The notes beneath the pieces were generated by a model, which was not told the origin of the DNA, did no database searches, and saw only the letters and a list, made by a program, of their open reading frames with translations. Position numbers and translations under genes: made by a program. A DNA stretch of 64,000 bases from Promethearchaeota archaeon. GTDB taxonomy: Archaea; Asgardarchaeota; Lokiarchaeia; Sigyniarchaeales; SOKP01. Location: assembly GCA_048939015.1 (NCBI GenBank), contig JBHLPW010000013.1, positions 20,607 to 84,606 of the forward strand, in the 5' to 3' direction. This document shows positions 1-9,396 of this stretch, piece after piece (position 1 is the first letter of the stretch; the number at the start of each line of letters is the position of its first letter).

Positions 1-213
1 GATTTAACTATAGACGAGGGTGTAAAGATTAAAATAGATATTAAAGGAGAATTATTTGAAGGATTATTTACTTCTTATTATGAAAGCGTTCCAATTGGAT
101 CAATATTATTTCTCGTCGGCTCAACAGGTTTCCTTGAACTTTCAATTAATCAAGGAAATGCATCAAAAAAATTGGGTTTTAATGTAGGGGATATTATAAA
201 ATTAAAAATCTGA
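1..213 (+). CDS. 3' end of SAM-dependent chlorinase/fluorinase (SAM hydroxide adenosyltransferase, DUF62) family protein, truncated by window edge
   Basis: Frame 1 reads ...ESVPIGSILFLVGSTGFLELSINQGNASKKLGFNVGDIIKLKI*; GSxGxLEL..NQGNA is the C-terminal motif of this family. Confidence 0.8.
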   Translation, partial: DLTIDEGVKIKIDIKGELFEGLFTSYYESVPIGSILFLVGSTGFLELSINQGNASKKLGFNVGDIIKLKI

Positions 214-226
214 AGGAGATAAGTTT

Positions 227-1360
227 ATGCAACAAGAAATTTTAGCCTGTATTGATAAGATTAATAACAAATATTTACAATCAGGACAGATTTCCAAATA
301 TACATTTCCTATGGAACGAAATAAGGCACATAATAAAAAAGTTGGCCATTTAATTACAAGATTTTTTATATTATCAATAACTCCGGAAGGAGAAATATTA
401 TATTTGGTTCAAAAACGAAGTAAAACAAAAAAAACTTTTCCTGAATATTATACTGATTCATCCTCTGGGCATGTAATCTGGGAGAAAAATCTCGACTTAA
501 ATAAAATAAAGAACAACGCATTAAGAGAACTTGAAGAGGAATTTGGAATTACTCCAAAAATGGTTAAAAAAACGCTATTTCATGAGATTAATGTTGAAGG
601 TGATGAAATAGCATATATCTTTTTTGGAATTGTAGACCACGATGTTCCTATAAAGCCTAATTCGAAAGAGTTAGATGTTTATTCTAGTAAATTCTATAAT
701 AAAACTGAACTTAAACATTTGTTAGAAAGTGAAAAGAATGTCGACTACTCAAAACAAATTTGGAATAAACTTTTAAGTTTAGACATTGTTTCTCTTTTTA
801 AAAAAAATAATGAGTCATTAAATAAGGATAAAAATAAAATTGCTTTGTTTATTGGTAGATTTCAACCATTACACCACGGACATCTTTACGTTCTTAGAAC
901 AATTTTAAAATCGTTTAGTAAGGTAAAGATTGGAATAGGAAGTTCTCAATTAAATAACACTATAAATGATCCATTTAAAAGCGAAGAAAGAAGAAAGTTC
1001 CTTAATGCCGTATTAGAAAAAAGAAAAATATCCTCAAAAAGATATGAAATTTTTGAAATTCCAGATATTTTTAATGCTAAAAAATGGGTTGACCATGTAA
1101 TCTCTATTGTCGGAAAAGTTCATTCCATTTTTTCCAATAGCGATTGGGTAAGAGAATTGTTTTTAAAAAAAGGGTTTAAAGTGGAAAAAAAGATATCCAT
1201 CTTCAAAAAGAAATTTAATGCTAATAATATCAGAAACTTAATTATAAAAAATGATAAGACGTGGAAAACACTTGTCCCAAAGGAAATAATTCAATTAATC
1301 GAGGATTTTGATGGTTTAAATCGGATTAAATCCTTACATGAAAAGGAAGATAATATATGA
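227..1360 (+). CDS. NUDIX hydrolase - nicotinamide-nucleotide adenylyltransferase (NadM-like) fusion
   Basis: N-terminal IDI-like NUDIX (QKRSKTKKTFP, ALRELEEEFGI); C-terminal GRFQPLHHGH, IGIGSSQ, DPF..EER NadM motifs. Confidence 0.85.
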   Translation: MQQEILACIDKINNKYLQSGQISKYTFPMERNKAHNKKVGHLITRFFILSITPEGEILYLVQKRSKTKKTFPEYYTDSSSGHVIWEKNLDLNKIKNNALRELEEEFGITPKMVKKTLFHEINVEGDEIAYIFFGIVDHDVPIKPNSKELDVYSSKFYNKTELKHLLESEKNVDYSKQIWNKLLSLDIVSLFKKNNESLNKDKNKIALFIGRFQPLHHGHLYVLRTILKSFSKVKIGIGSSQLNNTINDPFKSEERRKFLNAVLEKRKISSKRYEIFEIPDIFNAKKWVDHVISIVGKVHSIFSNSDWVRELFLKKGFKVEKKISIFKKKFNANNIRNLIIKNDKTWKTLVPKEIIQLIEDFDGLNRIKSLHEKEDNI

Positions 1361-2418
1361 CAACTCACCAATATTTAGAAATTGATGGATCTCTTGGAGA
1401 AGGAGGAGGTGCGATTGTACGCATTGGAGCAGGATTTTCAATATTATTCAAACGTCCAATTCGAATAAAAAATATTAGAGCTAATCGACCGAAGCCAGGA
1501 CTAAGAATGCAACACTTCATGGGATTAAAAACCTTATCTGAATTAACTAATAGTGAATTATCTAATTGTAATGTTGGAACTCAAGAAATAATACTAAATC
1601 CAGGGCAAACAATAAAAAACTATATTCAAGTTGAAATTAAAACTGCTGGGAATATTGGATTATTACTCCAGCCTATTCAAATTGCTTGTTTGGGTTTGAC
1701 TTCACCTGATAATATTGAAATTACTATAAATGGGGGAGGTACTTTTGGTAAATGGGCTCCCGGGCTTAATTATCTCGAAGAAGTTACCTACAAAATTTTT
1801 AAAAATCATGGTTTTAGAATTGATCTTGATATCCAAAAGCACGGTTTTTACCCCAGAGGAGGCGCTCTAATAAAATGCATTTTGCATTCTCCAAAAAATA
1901 AGTTAATACCACTATCTTTAACAGAATTAGGAAATATCGATTTAATTCAAGGTAAAATTATTTGTACCTCTCAATTGAAACAAAAAAAAGTAAGTGAAAG
2001 AATAAAAGAATCAGCTGAAAATCAACTTAGGAAAGAATTACAATTAGATGTTAACATCAAATTTAAATACATTAAAGCATTGAGTCCCGGAGTGGGTCTC
2101 TATTTATGGGCAGATTCTGAAACTGGGGCTTGTATTTCTTCTGGTACAATACTTGGTGAACGTAACATAACTTCTGAACACCTCGGTAAAATAGCTGCTA
2201 ATGAACTTATTAAATATATTAAAAAGGAGATTCCTGTTGATAATTATCTAAGCGATCAATTAATTCCTTTTATGGGTTTCGTAAATGAAGCATCACGAAT
2301 AAAAGTACTTGAACTTACAAACCATACTAGAACTAATCTAGAATTAATGAGACTATTTTTAAAAAGAAACTATAAAATCTTAAATAAGAAAAACTATTGT
2401 ATAATAGAACTTCAATAA
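1357..2418 (+). CDS. rtcA: RNA 3'-terminal phosphate cyclase
   Basis: IDGSLGEGGG, IRANRPKPGL..QH, GFYPRGG, DQLIPF, catalytic TNHTRTN. Confidence 0.95.
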   Translation: MTTHQYLEIDGSLGEGGGAIVRIGAGFSILFKRPIRIKNIRANRPKPGLRMQHFMGLKTLSELTNSELSNCNVGTQEIILNPGQTIKNYIQVEIKTAGNIGLLLQPIQIACLGLTSPDNIEITINGGGTFGKWAPGLNYLEEVTYKIFKNHGFRIDLDIQKHGFYPRGGALIKCILHSPKNKLIPLSLTELGNIDLIQGKIICTSQLKQKKVSERIKESAENQLRKELQLDVNIKFKYIKALSPGVGLYLWADSETGACISSGTILGERNITSEHLGKIAANELIKYIKKEIPVDNYLSDQLIPFMGFVNEASRIKVLELTNHTRTNLELMRLFLKRNYKILNKKNYCIIELQ

Positions 2419-2542
2419 TTATTTAACAATCCTAATTTAAAGAAAGGTATGATTGGAATAAAGATAAAAAAATTGAAGAAATTTTTAAAAGATTGTTTGA
2501 TTATATGATCATTATAAAAATTACTAATTTGAGCTAATAAGA

Positions 2543-3469
2543 ATGTCCCAAACAGTTGCAGCATTTCAACGTTGTCCTAGATGTGGAAATGAGAATACTG
2601 CTGATAGTTTTGCATGCAATTTCTGTGGTATTAGATTAAAAACAGAAAAGATTGAAAGTATAAGGTTTTTTAGAAGATATGAAGCAGAATGGACGTCTCC
2701 ATATCCATGGTTTATGAAATTTTTCTATCTCTTCGTGAACCCTCCAAAGGCCTTTTTTGACATTAATCACAAAAGAAGTAAAGCTCCTGGATGGCTAATT
2801 TTATTATTTTGCTCATTATTATATGGATTAATGGGTTTAGCTTTCTTATCACACTTTAATTTTGTTCAGCTTAATCTCTTCCATCCTCTCCGTGCTCTTT
2901 ATAATCTAAGCTTTTTTGCAGCTTTTTTTATTTTTGGCTTTATGTTTCAATTAATATTTTTCGCAATTTTAATATGGTTATTCAGTAAAGGCGCGAATTA
3001 TGCTGTTGGATTTACAGATAAATTAGAGAAACGTTTTGGAGGGATAAAGGAACAAAAAGAAAAATATAAGGAAACAGAAGTAAGTCCTTTCAGTATATAT
3101 AAAGGAGGTACAATGCTACAATTAGAAGCATCATATAAGTTTAAAATGCTGTTATGTGCATTTACGCCATTCTTATTAATCAATGCTATCAAAATATTAA
3201 TTGTTCTTGCTGCCTTTCCATCTGTTAATGTTAATGATATTTCATCATTTAATCAAGCAATACTAAATCAACTTTTTAATTCCAGATCTTGGGCAGCTTT
3301 AGATATACTGGATGCTTTAACTATTGCTATATGGGTCCCAATTTTGATGACCATAGCAATTAGAGAATTAAGTAATTCTTCTACTACGAGAGTTTTAATC
3401 CCTACCATTATTATTGGGATTTTAGTTGCTATAGTATTCTACTTTTTGCGCCCAACAATAATAGGTTAA
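2543..3469 (+). CDS. Zn-ribbon + Yip1-family multi-pass membrane protein
   Basis: N-terminal CPRCG..CNFCG ribbon; LFVNPPKAFFDI Yip1-like motif followed by about 5 TM helices. Confidence 0.7.
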   Translation: MSQTVAAFQRCPRCGNENTADSFACNFCGIRLKTEKIESIRFFRRYEAEWTSPYPWFMKFFYLFVNPPKAFFDINHKRSKAPGWLILLFCSLLYGLMGLAFLSHFNFVQLNLFHPLRALYNLSFFAAFFIFGFMFQLIFFAILIWLFSKGANYAVGFTDKLEKRFGGIKEQKEKYKETEVSPFSIYKGGTMLQLEASYKFKMLLCAFTPFLLINAIKILIVLAAFPSVNVNDISSFNQAILNQLFNSRSWAALDILDALTIAIWVPILMTIAIRELSNSSTTRVLIPTIIIGILVAIVFYFLRPTIIG

Positions 3470-3533
3470 ATTTATTAAATTTTAATCCAACTGTTATATA
3501 AAACTGGATTTTTTTTTACAATTTAGGTGTCTT

Positions 3534-4157
3534 ATGGTAAAAGATAATATTCACAATTCAGATATGGAATTTAAAATTGAATCTGAATTATTTGCTTTAG
3601 TTAAATCCATTACTAATTTGAACAATAAATATAAAAAAGGAATTGTCAACGAAAATTTTTTTAGAAAAACACTAAGAAATGCGATGAATAATTTTTTGAA
3701 ATTAAATTTTACTCTAAAGGAAAATAACCTTCATCTACCAGATCTAGTAAAAAGAATGGACTTATCTCAAGAATATAATACCGCATTAGATCTTATAAAT
3801 CGAGTATCTACTTTAAATATCACTGATAAAGATTTAAGTTCGAGAAGTAAATCATTTTTGGAACTACCAGGTATTACTTCAGAAATAACTTCTTCCTTTA
3901 TTACCCTAATGGATGCTTTAACATTAGAAGGTATGACGAAAAAAGATTTAATTGTTAAATTATTTGATGAATTGAATTCCAACTTAGGTAATTTTCCTGG
4001 ATTAGATGATTTATTAAATAAAGTAAAATCACTGCACAAATATACCATAAAGCATATGGAAAGATTTGAATCTGATAATAAATTACGAGAAAAGCTAATA
4101 GATGATTTATATCAAATCTTCAAAGAATTTCAAAATAAATTAAATCTTAAATCCTAA
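3534..4157 (+). CDS. vps28: Vps28-like protein (ESCRT-I subunit homologue)
   Basis: ELFALVKSITNLNNKYKKGIV and SEITSSFITLMDALTL resemble the Vps28 N-terminal (ELYAII..LEKAY) and C-terminal (FITVMDxLxL) motifs. Confidence 0.75.
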   Translation: MVKDNIHNSDMEFKIESELFALVKSITNLNNKYKKGIVNENFFRKTLRNAMNNFLKLNFTLKENNLHLPDLVKRMDLSQEYNTALDLINRVSTLNITDKDLSSRSKSFLELPGITSEITSSFITLMDALTLEGMTKKDLIVKLFDELNSNLGNFPGLDDLLNKVKSLHKYTIKHMERFESDNKLREKLIDDLYQIFKEFQNKLNLKS

Positions 4158-4244
4158 GGAAAATAGTAAAATTAATATTTTTTTTGTTATTTACAATATT
4201 AAATAATAGCTACTCAGAAATAAAACAAACGAAAGGTAATTAAA

Positions 4245-4514
4245 ATTCCCCGTCCAGGCTTACGATCTAAAGCACAAGCAAGGAAAAAATTAAGCACACC
4301 TGGGAACCGAAATGTCACCCATTATTGGCGAAAAAAACCCACAAGAGCAAAATGTGCGATATGTAAAAAACCTCTTCAGTCTATTCCAAGATTACGACCT
4401 TGCAAAATGACTAAAACGCAAAAAACGGCTAGAAGGGCAAATAGAATGGAAAGTGGAAGGTATTGTGCACAGTGCCTTCAGACTTTAATAAAAGAAACTG
4501 TTTGGAGCCAGTAA
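4245..4514 (+). CDS. rpl34e: 50S ribosomal protein L34e, ATT start, absent from ORF track
   Basis: Reads (I/M)PRPGLRS..RKKLSTPGNRNVTHYWRKKP..AKCAICKKPL..IPRLRP...RRANRMESGRYCAQC; no in-frame ATG/GTG/TTG between the upstream TAA (4221) and this N-terminus; canonical position before cmk-rpl14e. Confidence 0.92.
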   Translation: MPRPGLRSKAQARKKLSTPGNRNVTHYWRKKPTRAKCAICKKPLQSIPRLRPCKMTKTQKTARRANRMESGRYCAQCLQTLIKETVWSQ

Positions 4515-4618
4515 GTTTCATAAAACTTCTTTCTTAAATACACTCCCATAATAGTTAATATCATAAATATAATTTCTCTTAATTGAATAAAATTATAAAT
4601 TAAAAATATTCTGACAAA

Positions 4619-5149
4619 ATGATTATAACCATTTCAGGGCTTCATGGAACTGGAAAATCTACTATAGGAAAAATAATTGCTGAAAAGCTTAACCTCCAAT
4701 ATTATAGTACTGGACAAGCTTTTAGAGATCTAGCAAAAGAAATGAACATGACTTTAGAAGATTTTACAAAATATGTTGAACGCAATCCCGAAATTGATAA
4801 AAAACTAGATGATAAAATAAATCAAATTGCTCAACAAGGAAATATAATTATTGATAGCCAATTGAGTGGATATATCTTACAATCTAGTGCGGATTATAAA
4901 ATACTATTAACTTGTCCTCTAGAAACCAGAGTTAAACGAATGGCTGAAAGAGATAATACTAATTATGAAGAAAAATTAAAAGAGACAAATTTAAGAGAAA
5001 ATTCAGAACTAGAACGATTTAAAATGCTATATGATATTGATTTGGAAGACAAAGATGATTTAAACAGGATGTATGACTTAATTATAAACACAGAAAATCT
5101 CACAATAGAGGAAATAGTAAGAGAAATTCTCGCAAATTTAGAAAAGTAA
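4619..5149 (+). CDS. cmk: Cytidylate kinase, archaeal type
   Basis: ITISGLHGTGKST, FRDLAKE, EIDKKLDD; synteny with rpl34e and rpl14e. Confidence 0.93.
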   Translation: MIITISGLHGTGKSTIGKIIAEKLNLQYYSTGQAFRDLAKEMNMTLEDFTKYVERNPEIDKKLDDKINQIAQQGNIIIDSQLSGYILQSSADYKILLTCPLETRVKRMAERDNTNYEEKLKETNLRENSELERFKMLYDIDLEDKDDLNRMYDLIINTENLTIEEIVREILANLEK

Positions 5150-5287
5150 TTATCTATGGATAATATGAAAAACATAAAAAATTTATTTTTGGTTTGATTT
5201 TCAAAATTACTATCATTAATTATAGGTACTGGATAAAAAATTAACCAGTAATTTTGAAAGTTATAAAATAATTTGGTGACAAATTAT

Positions 5288-5560
5288 ATGAGTGTATATG
5301 ATATTGGAAGACTTTGCGTAAAAACTATGGGAAGAGAAGCGGGTTACTTATGTGTAATCGTTGATATTATTGATAAAAACTATCTGCTTATTGATGGATT
5401 AAATGTACGAAGAAGAAGAGTAAATTATAAACATATTGAACCAATAGCAGAAACTATTGAAATTAAGAAGGGCGCAACACACGAACAAGTAGAAACTGCC
5501 ATAAAAAAGGCTAAATTAGAGAAAAAAATGAATGAAGTTATCTCTGTCCCAATTAAATAG
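5288..5560 (+). CDS. rpl14e: 50S ribosomal protein L14e
   Basis: IGRLCVKTMGREAG..CVIVDIIDKNYLLIDG..VRRRRVNYKHIEP; ATG at 5288 preferred over TTG 5273. Confidence 0.95.
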   Translation: MSVYDIGRLCVKTMGREAGYLCVIVDIIDKNYLLIDGLNVRRRRVNYKHIEPIAETIEIKKGATHEQVETAIKKAKLEKKMNEVISVPIK

Positions 5561-5611
5561 CTTTAATATAGAGTAAAAAATAAAAATTTAATTTATTGTT
5601 ATTTTTTTTAA

Positions 5612-5741
5612 GCAACGGTTGCCTAGCCCGGTACGGCGCCGGCTTGGAGCGGAAATTTCCCAGAAAGCCGGTGTGGGTATCCACTCGGGGGTTCAAGTAA
5701 TAAGAATTGGCTTCTTATTAGAATAAATCCCTCCCGTTGCG
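5612..5741 (+). tRNA. tRNA-Ser(GGA) with two BHB introns: 5650-5665 at 37/38 and 5697-5726 at 58/59
   Basis: Acceptor GCAACGG/CCGTTGC + discriminator G; anticodon stem CCGGC/GCCGG with loop TT-GGA-G|A after splicing; long variable arm; T arm GGGGG-TTCAA|AT-CCCTC after splicing; both inserts form bulge-helix-bulge motifs. Confidence 0.93.
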
Positions 5742-5763
5742 TATTTTCCTAAAATTGATAAAA

Positions 5764-6366
5764 TTAAATATCAGGAAATTCTAGGGCTTTTGCTTTTTGC
5801 CCTGCAAACATTCCTCCCATTCCTCCTGAAGCTTGGGACTGAAGTTTTAGCAATCTTTGGGTCAATGTATTAATACCAAAAGAGCAAAGGAAATACCAAG
5901 CTGTAAAATTTATCCAAATTGGACCAGCACTGATAAAATTCCCTATTAATGGAATATCATTAGCATGCATAGGACTAAGGGCGACTGCAGCTCCTCTAAA
6001 TAACGTATTTATAAGACTAAAGATTACTATCATAGGAATAAACGTTATACAAGTTGGTTTCATCCTTTGAAGGGCCATTCTTTGTTGAGATTTCTTTATC
6101 ATCGCGTCTTTACGTTCCCATCTTTTTCGAGCTTTTCTATATCGATCAGGATCTACTTCCGCTAGGTCAATAATCTTTTGCTTTTCTTCTTCATGAGCTT
6201 TCATTTGTGTCTGTTTACGGTTTATTTCTTCTGTATCTACTAACCACCTTGTCAATAAAGTACTTATTGTAGCTGTGGTTAATGATAATAGTAGCACAAA
6301 TAGCATTGATCCCGGAGGAGTTGTAATCCAATCAAGAAATGCATTTTGATAAATTAAAGACAGCAT
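5764..6366 (-). CDS. EMC3/TMCO1/DUF106 (Oxa1 superfamily) membrane insertase
   Basis: TM, coiled coil, MKPTCITFIP, TM, WYFLCSF; directly downstream of secY. Confidence 0.88.
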   Translation of the reverse strand: MLSLIYQNAFLDWITTPPGSMLFVLLLSLTTATISTLLTRWLVDTEEINRKQTQMKAHEEEKQKIIDLAEVDPDRYRKARKRWERKDAMIKKSQQRMALQRMKPTCITFIPMIVIFSLINTLFRGAAVALSPMHANDIPLIGNFISAGPIWINFTAWYFLCSFGINTLTQRLLKLQSQASGGMGGMFAGQKAKALEFPDI

Positions 6367-6411
6367 GTCAATATTTAATTATATTGAAATTGTAATAAAG
6401 TTTTCAGATCA

Positions 6412-7890
6412 CTAATCCATTCCTAGCATTGCTCTCATGCCTGGATACTGTGAGGCAGCTAACTCTTTCGATATTGTTTCAGCATAATTATGAATAATTC
6501 CTATAGCTATTAGAAGCCCCGTACCTGAAGTTAACGCTCTTAATGTATCCGCAGTGAAACTTAACACTGCAATAATAATCCCATTGAGAATCACTAAGGT
6601 CGGTATATAGCGTTTCAAGATTCGCTCAATGATTTTGGAGGAGCTCCTGAACCCAGGTACTTGCATTTTTGAATCTATAATTTGATCTGCGATATCTCGT
6701 GGAGCTAAGCCACTAACTTCCACCCAAACACGTCCAAGAACTATACAAAGAAAAATAAATACTATTAAATAAAAAACAGCTCGGAATGGATTTGCGGCAA
6801 CTTGTTCAAGTCCTAATGGAGGAGTGAGTAAATACACTAACCCATAATATGGTATCAATTGCTGTCCTCCAGCAGTACCTGCGCTTTCTTCAATATTAAA
6901 TTTACCTATTAGATCAACCCAAAAATCAGGAATAAGTCCTCCCATAGTTTGGCGAACTGCTGAGTAAGGACCCGCAAATAATTGTCCGAAGAATAAAATA
7001 TTTGCATATAAAGCATTTACTAAAATTACAGGGATATTTGAAACATACAGTAGTTTCATGGGGTATTTTCCCTTAAAACCTCGATAACCTCGATATGCCA
7101 GTGGAATCTCTACACGGGTTGATTCGAACCAAATTACTAAAAGGAATATAACTATTGTAGTAATTATACCTATTAATGAGGGAAATTGACCTCTAAGTAC
7201 TAACTGACCCAGATTTGTGCTGGAATCCCCATCAAATAACACAGTAAAGAAAGCGATAACAACACCTCTCGGGAGCCCATCTTGAGCTGGAAGCCAGCTA
7301 AAGCTGTTAAAAAATATTTGACCAGCAACCCCAGCTGCTATAAATAAGGAAACTCCACTACCAAGACCCCATCCTTTCTGAAGTAATTCATCTAATAATA
7401 TTATAATGATTCCCGCAAATAATAGTTGAAAGAATATAAAAAATGCTCCCTGTATACCTATCTCAGCTAATGATCCAAATGCTCCTCCCAAAATATAAGC
7501 TAAGGAGTTGAAAATCGTTAGAAAGACCGCAAGCACTTTTTGAGAACCACTAAACATAGCTCTATCATACGGATCAGCCATATTAACGTTGATTATCTTA
7601 GATCCTAGTAATAATTGCATAATTAATCCTGCAGTGACTATCGGACCTATACCCAATTCTGTTAACGTTCCCCTCTGACTTGCCAGAATTACTCGTAACC
7701 AATAGAAATAATCAGTTGATTGTGCTAGGCTTATTCCATACAAAGGGACATTGCTTAATACTATATAGATAATAAGAACTATAGCAGTCCAAATAAATTT
7801 TTCTTTAAATGAAACCTCACGTTGCGGCTGTTTGATTTCTGGCATTGCTTTAACAAACGGTGAGAAGAATCTAATGAATTTTCCAGCCAT
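6412..7890 (-). CDS. secY: Protein translocase subunit SecY/Sec61alpha
   Basis: GTLTELGIGPIVTAGLIMQLL, KGWGLGSGVSLFI, KLLYVSNIPVIL, GTGLLIA. Confidence 0.98.
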   Translation of the reverse strand: MAGKFIRFFSPFVKAMPEIKQPQREVSFKEKFIWTAIVLIIYIVLSNVPLYGISLAQSTDYFYWLRVILASQRGTLTELGIGPIVTAGLIMQLLLGSKIINVNMADPYDRAMFSGSQKVLAVFLTIFNSLAYILGGAFGSLAEIGIQGAFFIFFQLLFAGIIIILLDELLQKGWGLGSGVSLFIAAGVAGQIFFNSFSWLPAQDGLPRGVVIAFFTVLFDGDSSTNLGQLVLRGQFPSLIGIITTIVIFLLVIWFESTRVEIPLAYRGYRGFKGKYPMKLLYVSNIPVILVNALYANILFFGQLFAGPYSAVRQTMGGLIPDFWVDLIGKFNIEESAGTAGGQQLIPYYGLVYLLTPPLGLEQVAANPFRAVFYLIVFIFLCIVLGRVWVEVSGLAPRDIADQIIDSKMQVPGFRSSSKIIERILKRYIPTLVILNGIIIAVLSFTADTLRALTSGTGLLIAIGIIHNYAETISKELAASQYPGMRAMLGMD

Positions 7891-8130
7891 ATTTAATCAG
7901 CAGTGTGAGTCTTTTAGAATTTTTGGAGCTAATATTACCAAATTTTTAATATTAAAATTGTAAATTCAAAATGTAATTTAAAAAAAACTGAATTTTAAAA
8001 AAAGTTTGCGATTTAAGTATGCATCTGATATGATAATACAGTGAATTATAAAATTACAATAGTACTTAAAAAAAAATAAATAAAAAAATAAATAATTCTT
8101 GATTATTAAATTCGCTAACTCTAAGTGTTT

Positions 8131-8421
8131 TTAAAAGAGACTTCCAATACCTGTTGGTTCTTCGTCTTCTGGTTCCTCTTCTTTTTTCTTCTCTGCCTCT
8201 TTCTTTTCAACAGTTCCACTTGTTGGAGCAGCAGCTACAGGTACTGCACTGGCAGATTTTATAATATCCTCTATATCTGTCTCCTTAAGCCCAGCAATGA
8301 GTTTTGCGATTTCCCCTTTATCAATTTTAGCGCCTGCGGCAGTTAATACTTTTTCAACATTTGATGCATTAATCTTACCTCCAGCTTTATGAAGTAATAA
8401 AGCCGCATAGATACTTTCCAT
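8131..8421 (-). CDS. rpl12: 50S ribosomal stalk protein L12/P1
   Basis: MESIYAALLLH, acidic hinge, C-terminal GIGSLF. Confidence 0.96.
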   Translation of the reverse strand: MESIYAALLLHKAGGKINASNVEKVLTAAGAKIDKGEIAKLIAGLKETDIEDIIKSASAVPVAAAPTSGTVEKKEAEKKKEEEPEDEEPTGIGSLF

Positions 8422-8495
8422 ATATTATAACCTCTTTTTTATTTTTATTATCATTATATTTGTATTTTTCATTCAAATTTAAAAAAAACTCTAAT

Positions 8496-9392
8496 TTATC
8501 CAAATAATCCTCCAATACCAACACTTTCTTCTTCTTCTTCTTCCTCCTCTGGTTCTTTTTCTTCAGCTTTTGGCTTTTCTTCCAGGATTAAAGCCTGAAT
8601 TACCTCTCCAAAAATGATAGCATTTAATAGATTTGCTTCAGAAGCAGCTTTTCGTAAATAATCTTCTGACATATCTTCTATATAGAAAGGCATCTCGAAT
8701 AAAATCGCAAGTGCTTCTCTATATGCTTTACCGAAATTGTGTTTAAACCCCTCCATATCCATATATAATATTTCTTCGGGGATAATTTCTCCATCACTCC
8801 ACGCAAAATGAATCCTAATCAACGATTCTATTGGTGTTATTCCTAATTTTTTCAAAACTGCTGCTTGTTTAACATCAACTAAATCACCGGCTTTATGAGT
8901 TCTTGTATCTTCACGAACGTGAATTGTATCATTCATAATTCTCGTTGGTAATCTTAGTGTCATATTTAATTCACTAATTACTTGTCCCGTGGGTAACCCA
9001 GTATCTCCTGCAGGAACCCAAATATCAACAGGAGTAATTTCATTGGGTTTTGCAGGTACCATCCATTCATTTTCATGAAATATCCTTTTTAATTCGAACA
9101 AATCAATATTTGTAAATACAAGACTAGATTGCCCTGGGATATGCTTTGCAAATTCATCCAAGTTTTTCTTTTTCGAGGTACTTTTAAATTGCTCTATCGC
9201 TCGTAATTGAAGCGACTTTTTAGACATTCTAAATACCGCTTTATCTCTCAAAATTTTCCTCATTGTTTGAAATTGGGTATCATTTATATGATGGACATCG
9301 ATTACAGCGACATTCTTATAGTTTTTAAATAAATCAACTAAATGGTTGATTTCCTCAACTTTCCATTGTGGTATGTGTTTGCTTTTACTCAT
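8496..9392 (-). CDS. rpl10: 50S ribosomal protein L10/P0
   Basis: IPQWKVEE, PAGDTGLPTG, acidic tail GIGGLFG. Confidence 0.95.
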   Translation of the reverse strand: MSKSKHIPQWKVEEINHLVDLFKNYKNVAVIDVHHINDTQFQTMRKILRDKAVFRMSKKSLQLRAIEQFKSTSKKKNLDEFAKHIPGQSSLVFTNIDLFELKRIFHENEWMVPAKPNEITPVDIWVPAGDTGLPTGQVISELNMTLRLPTRIMNDTIHVREDTRTHKAGDLVDVKQAAVLKKLGITPIESLIRIHFAWSDGEIIPEEILYMDMEGFKHNFGKAYREALAILFEMPFYIEDMSEDYLRKAASEANLLNAIIFGEVIQALILEEKPKAEEKEPEEEEEEEESVGIGGLFG

Positions 9393-9396
9393 TTTT

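Noticed and set aside
1357-2418. rtcA as a dedicated partner of the intron system
   Set aside because: rtcA is widespread, and EndA already leaves 2',3'-cyclic phosphates; proximity alone is not evidence
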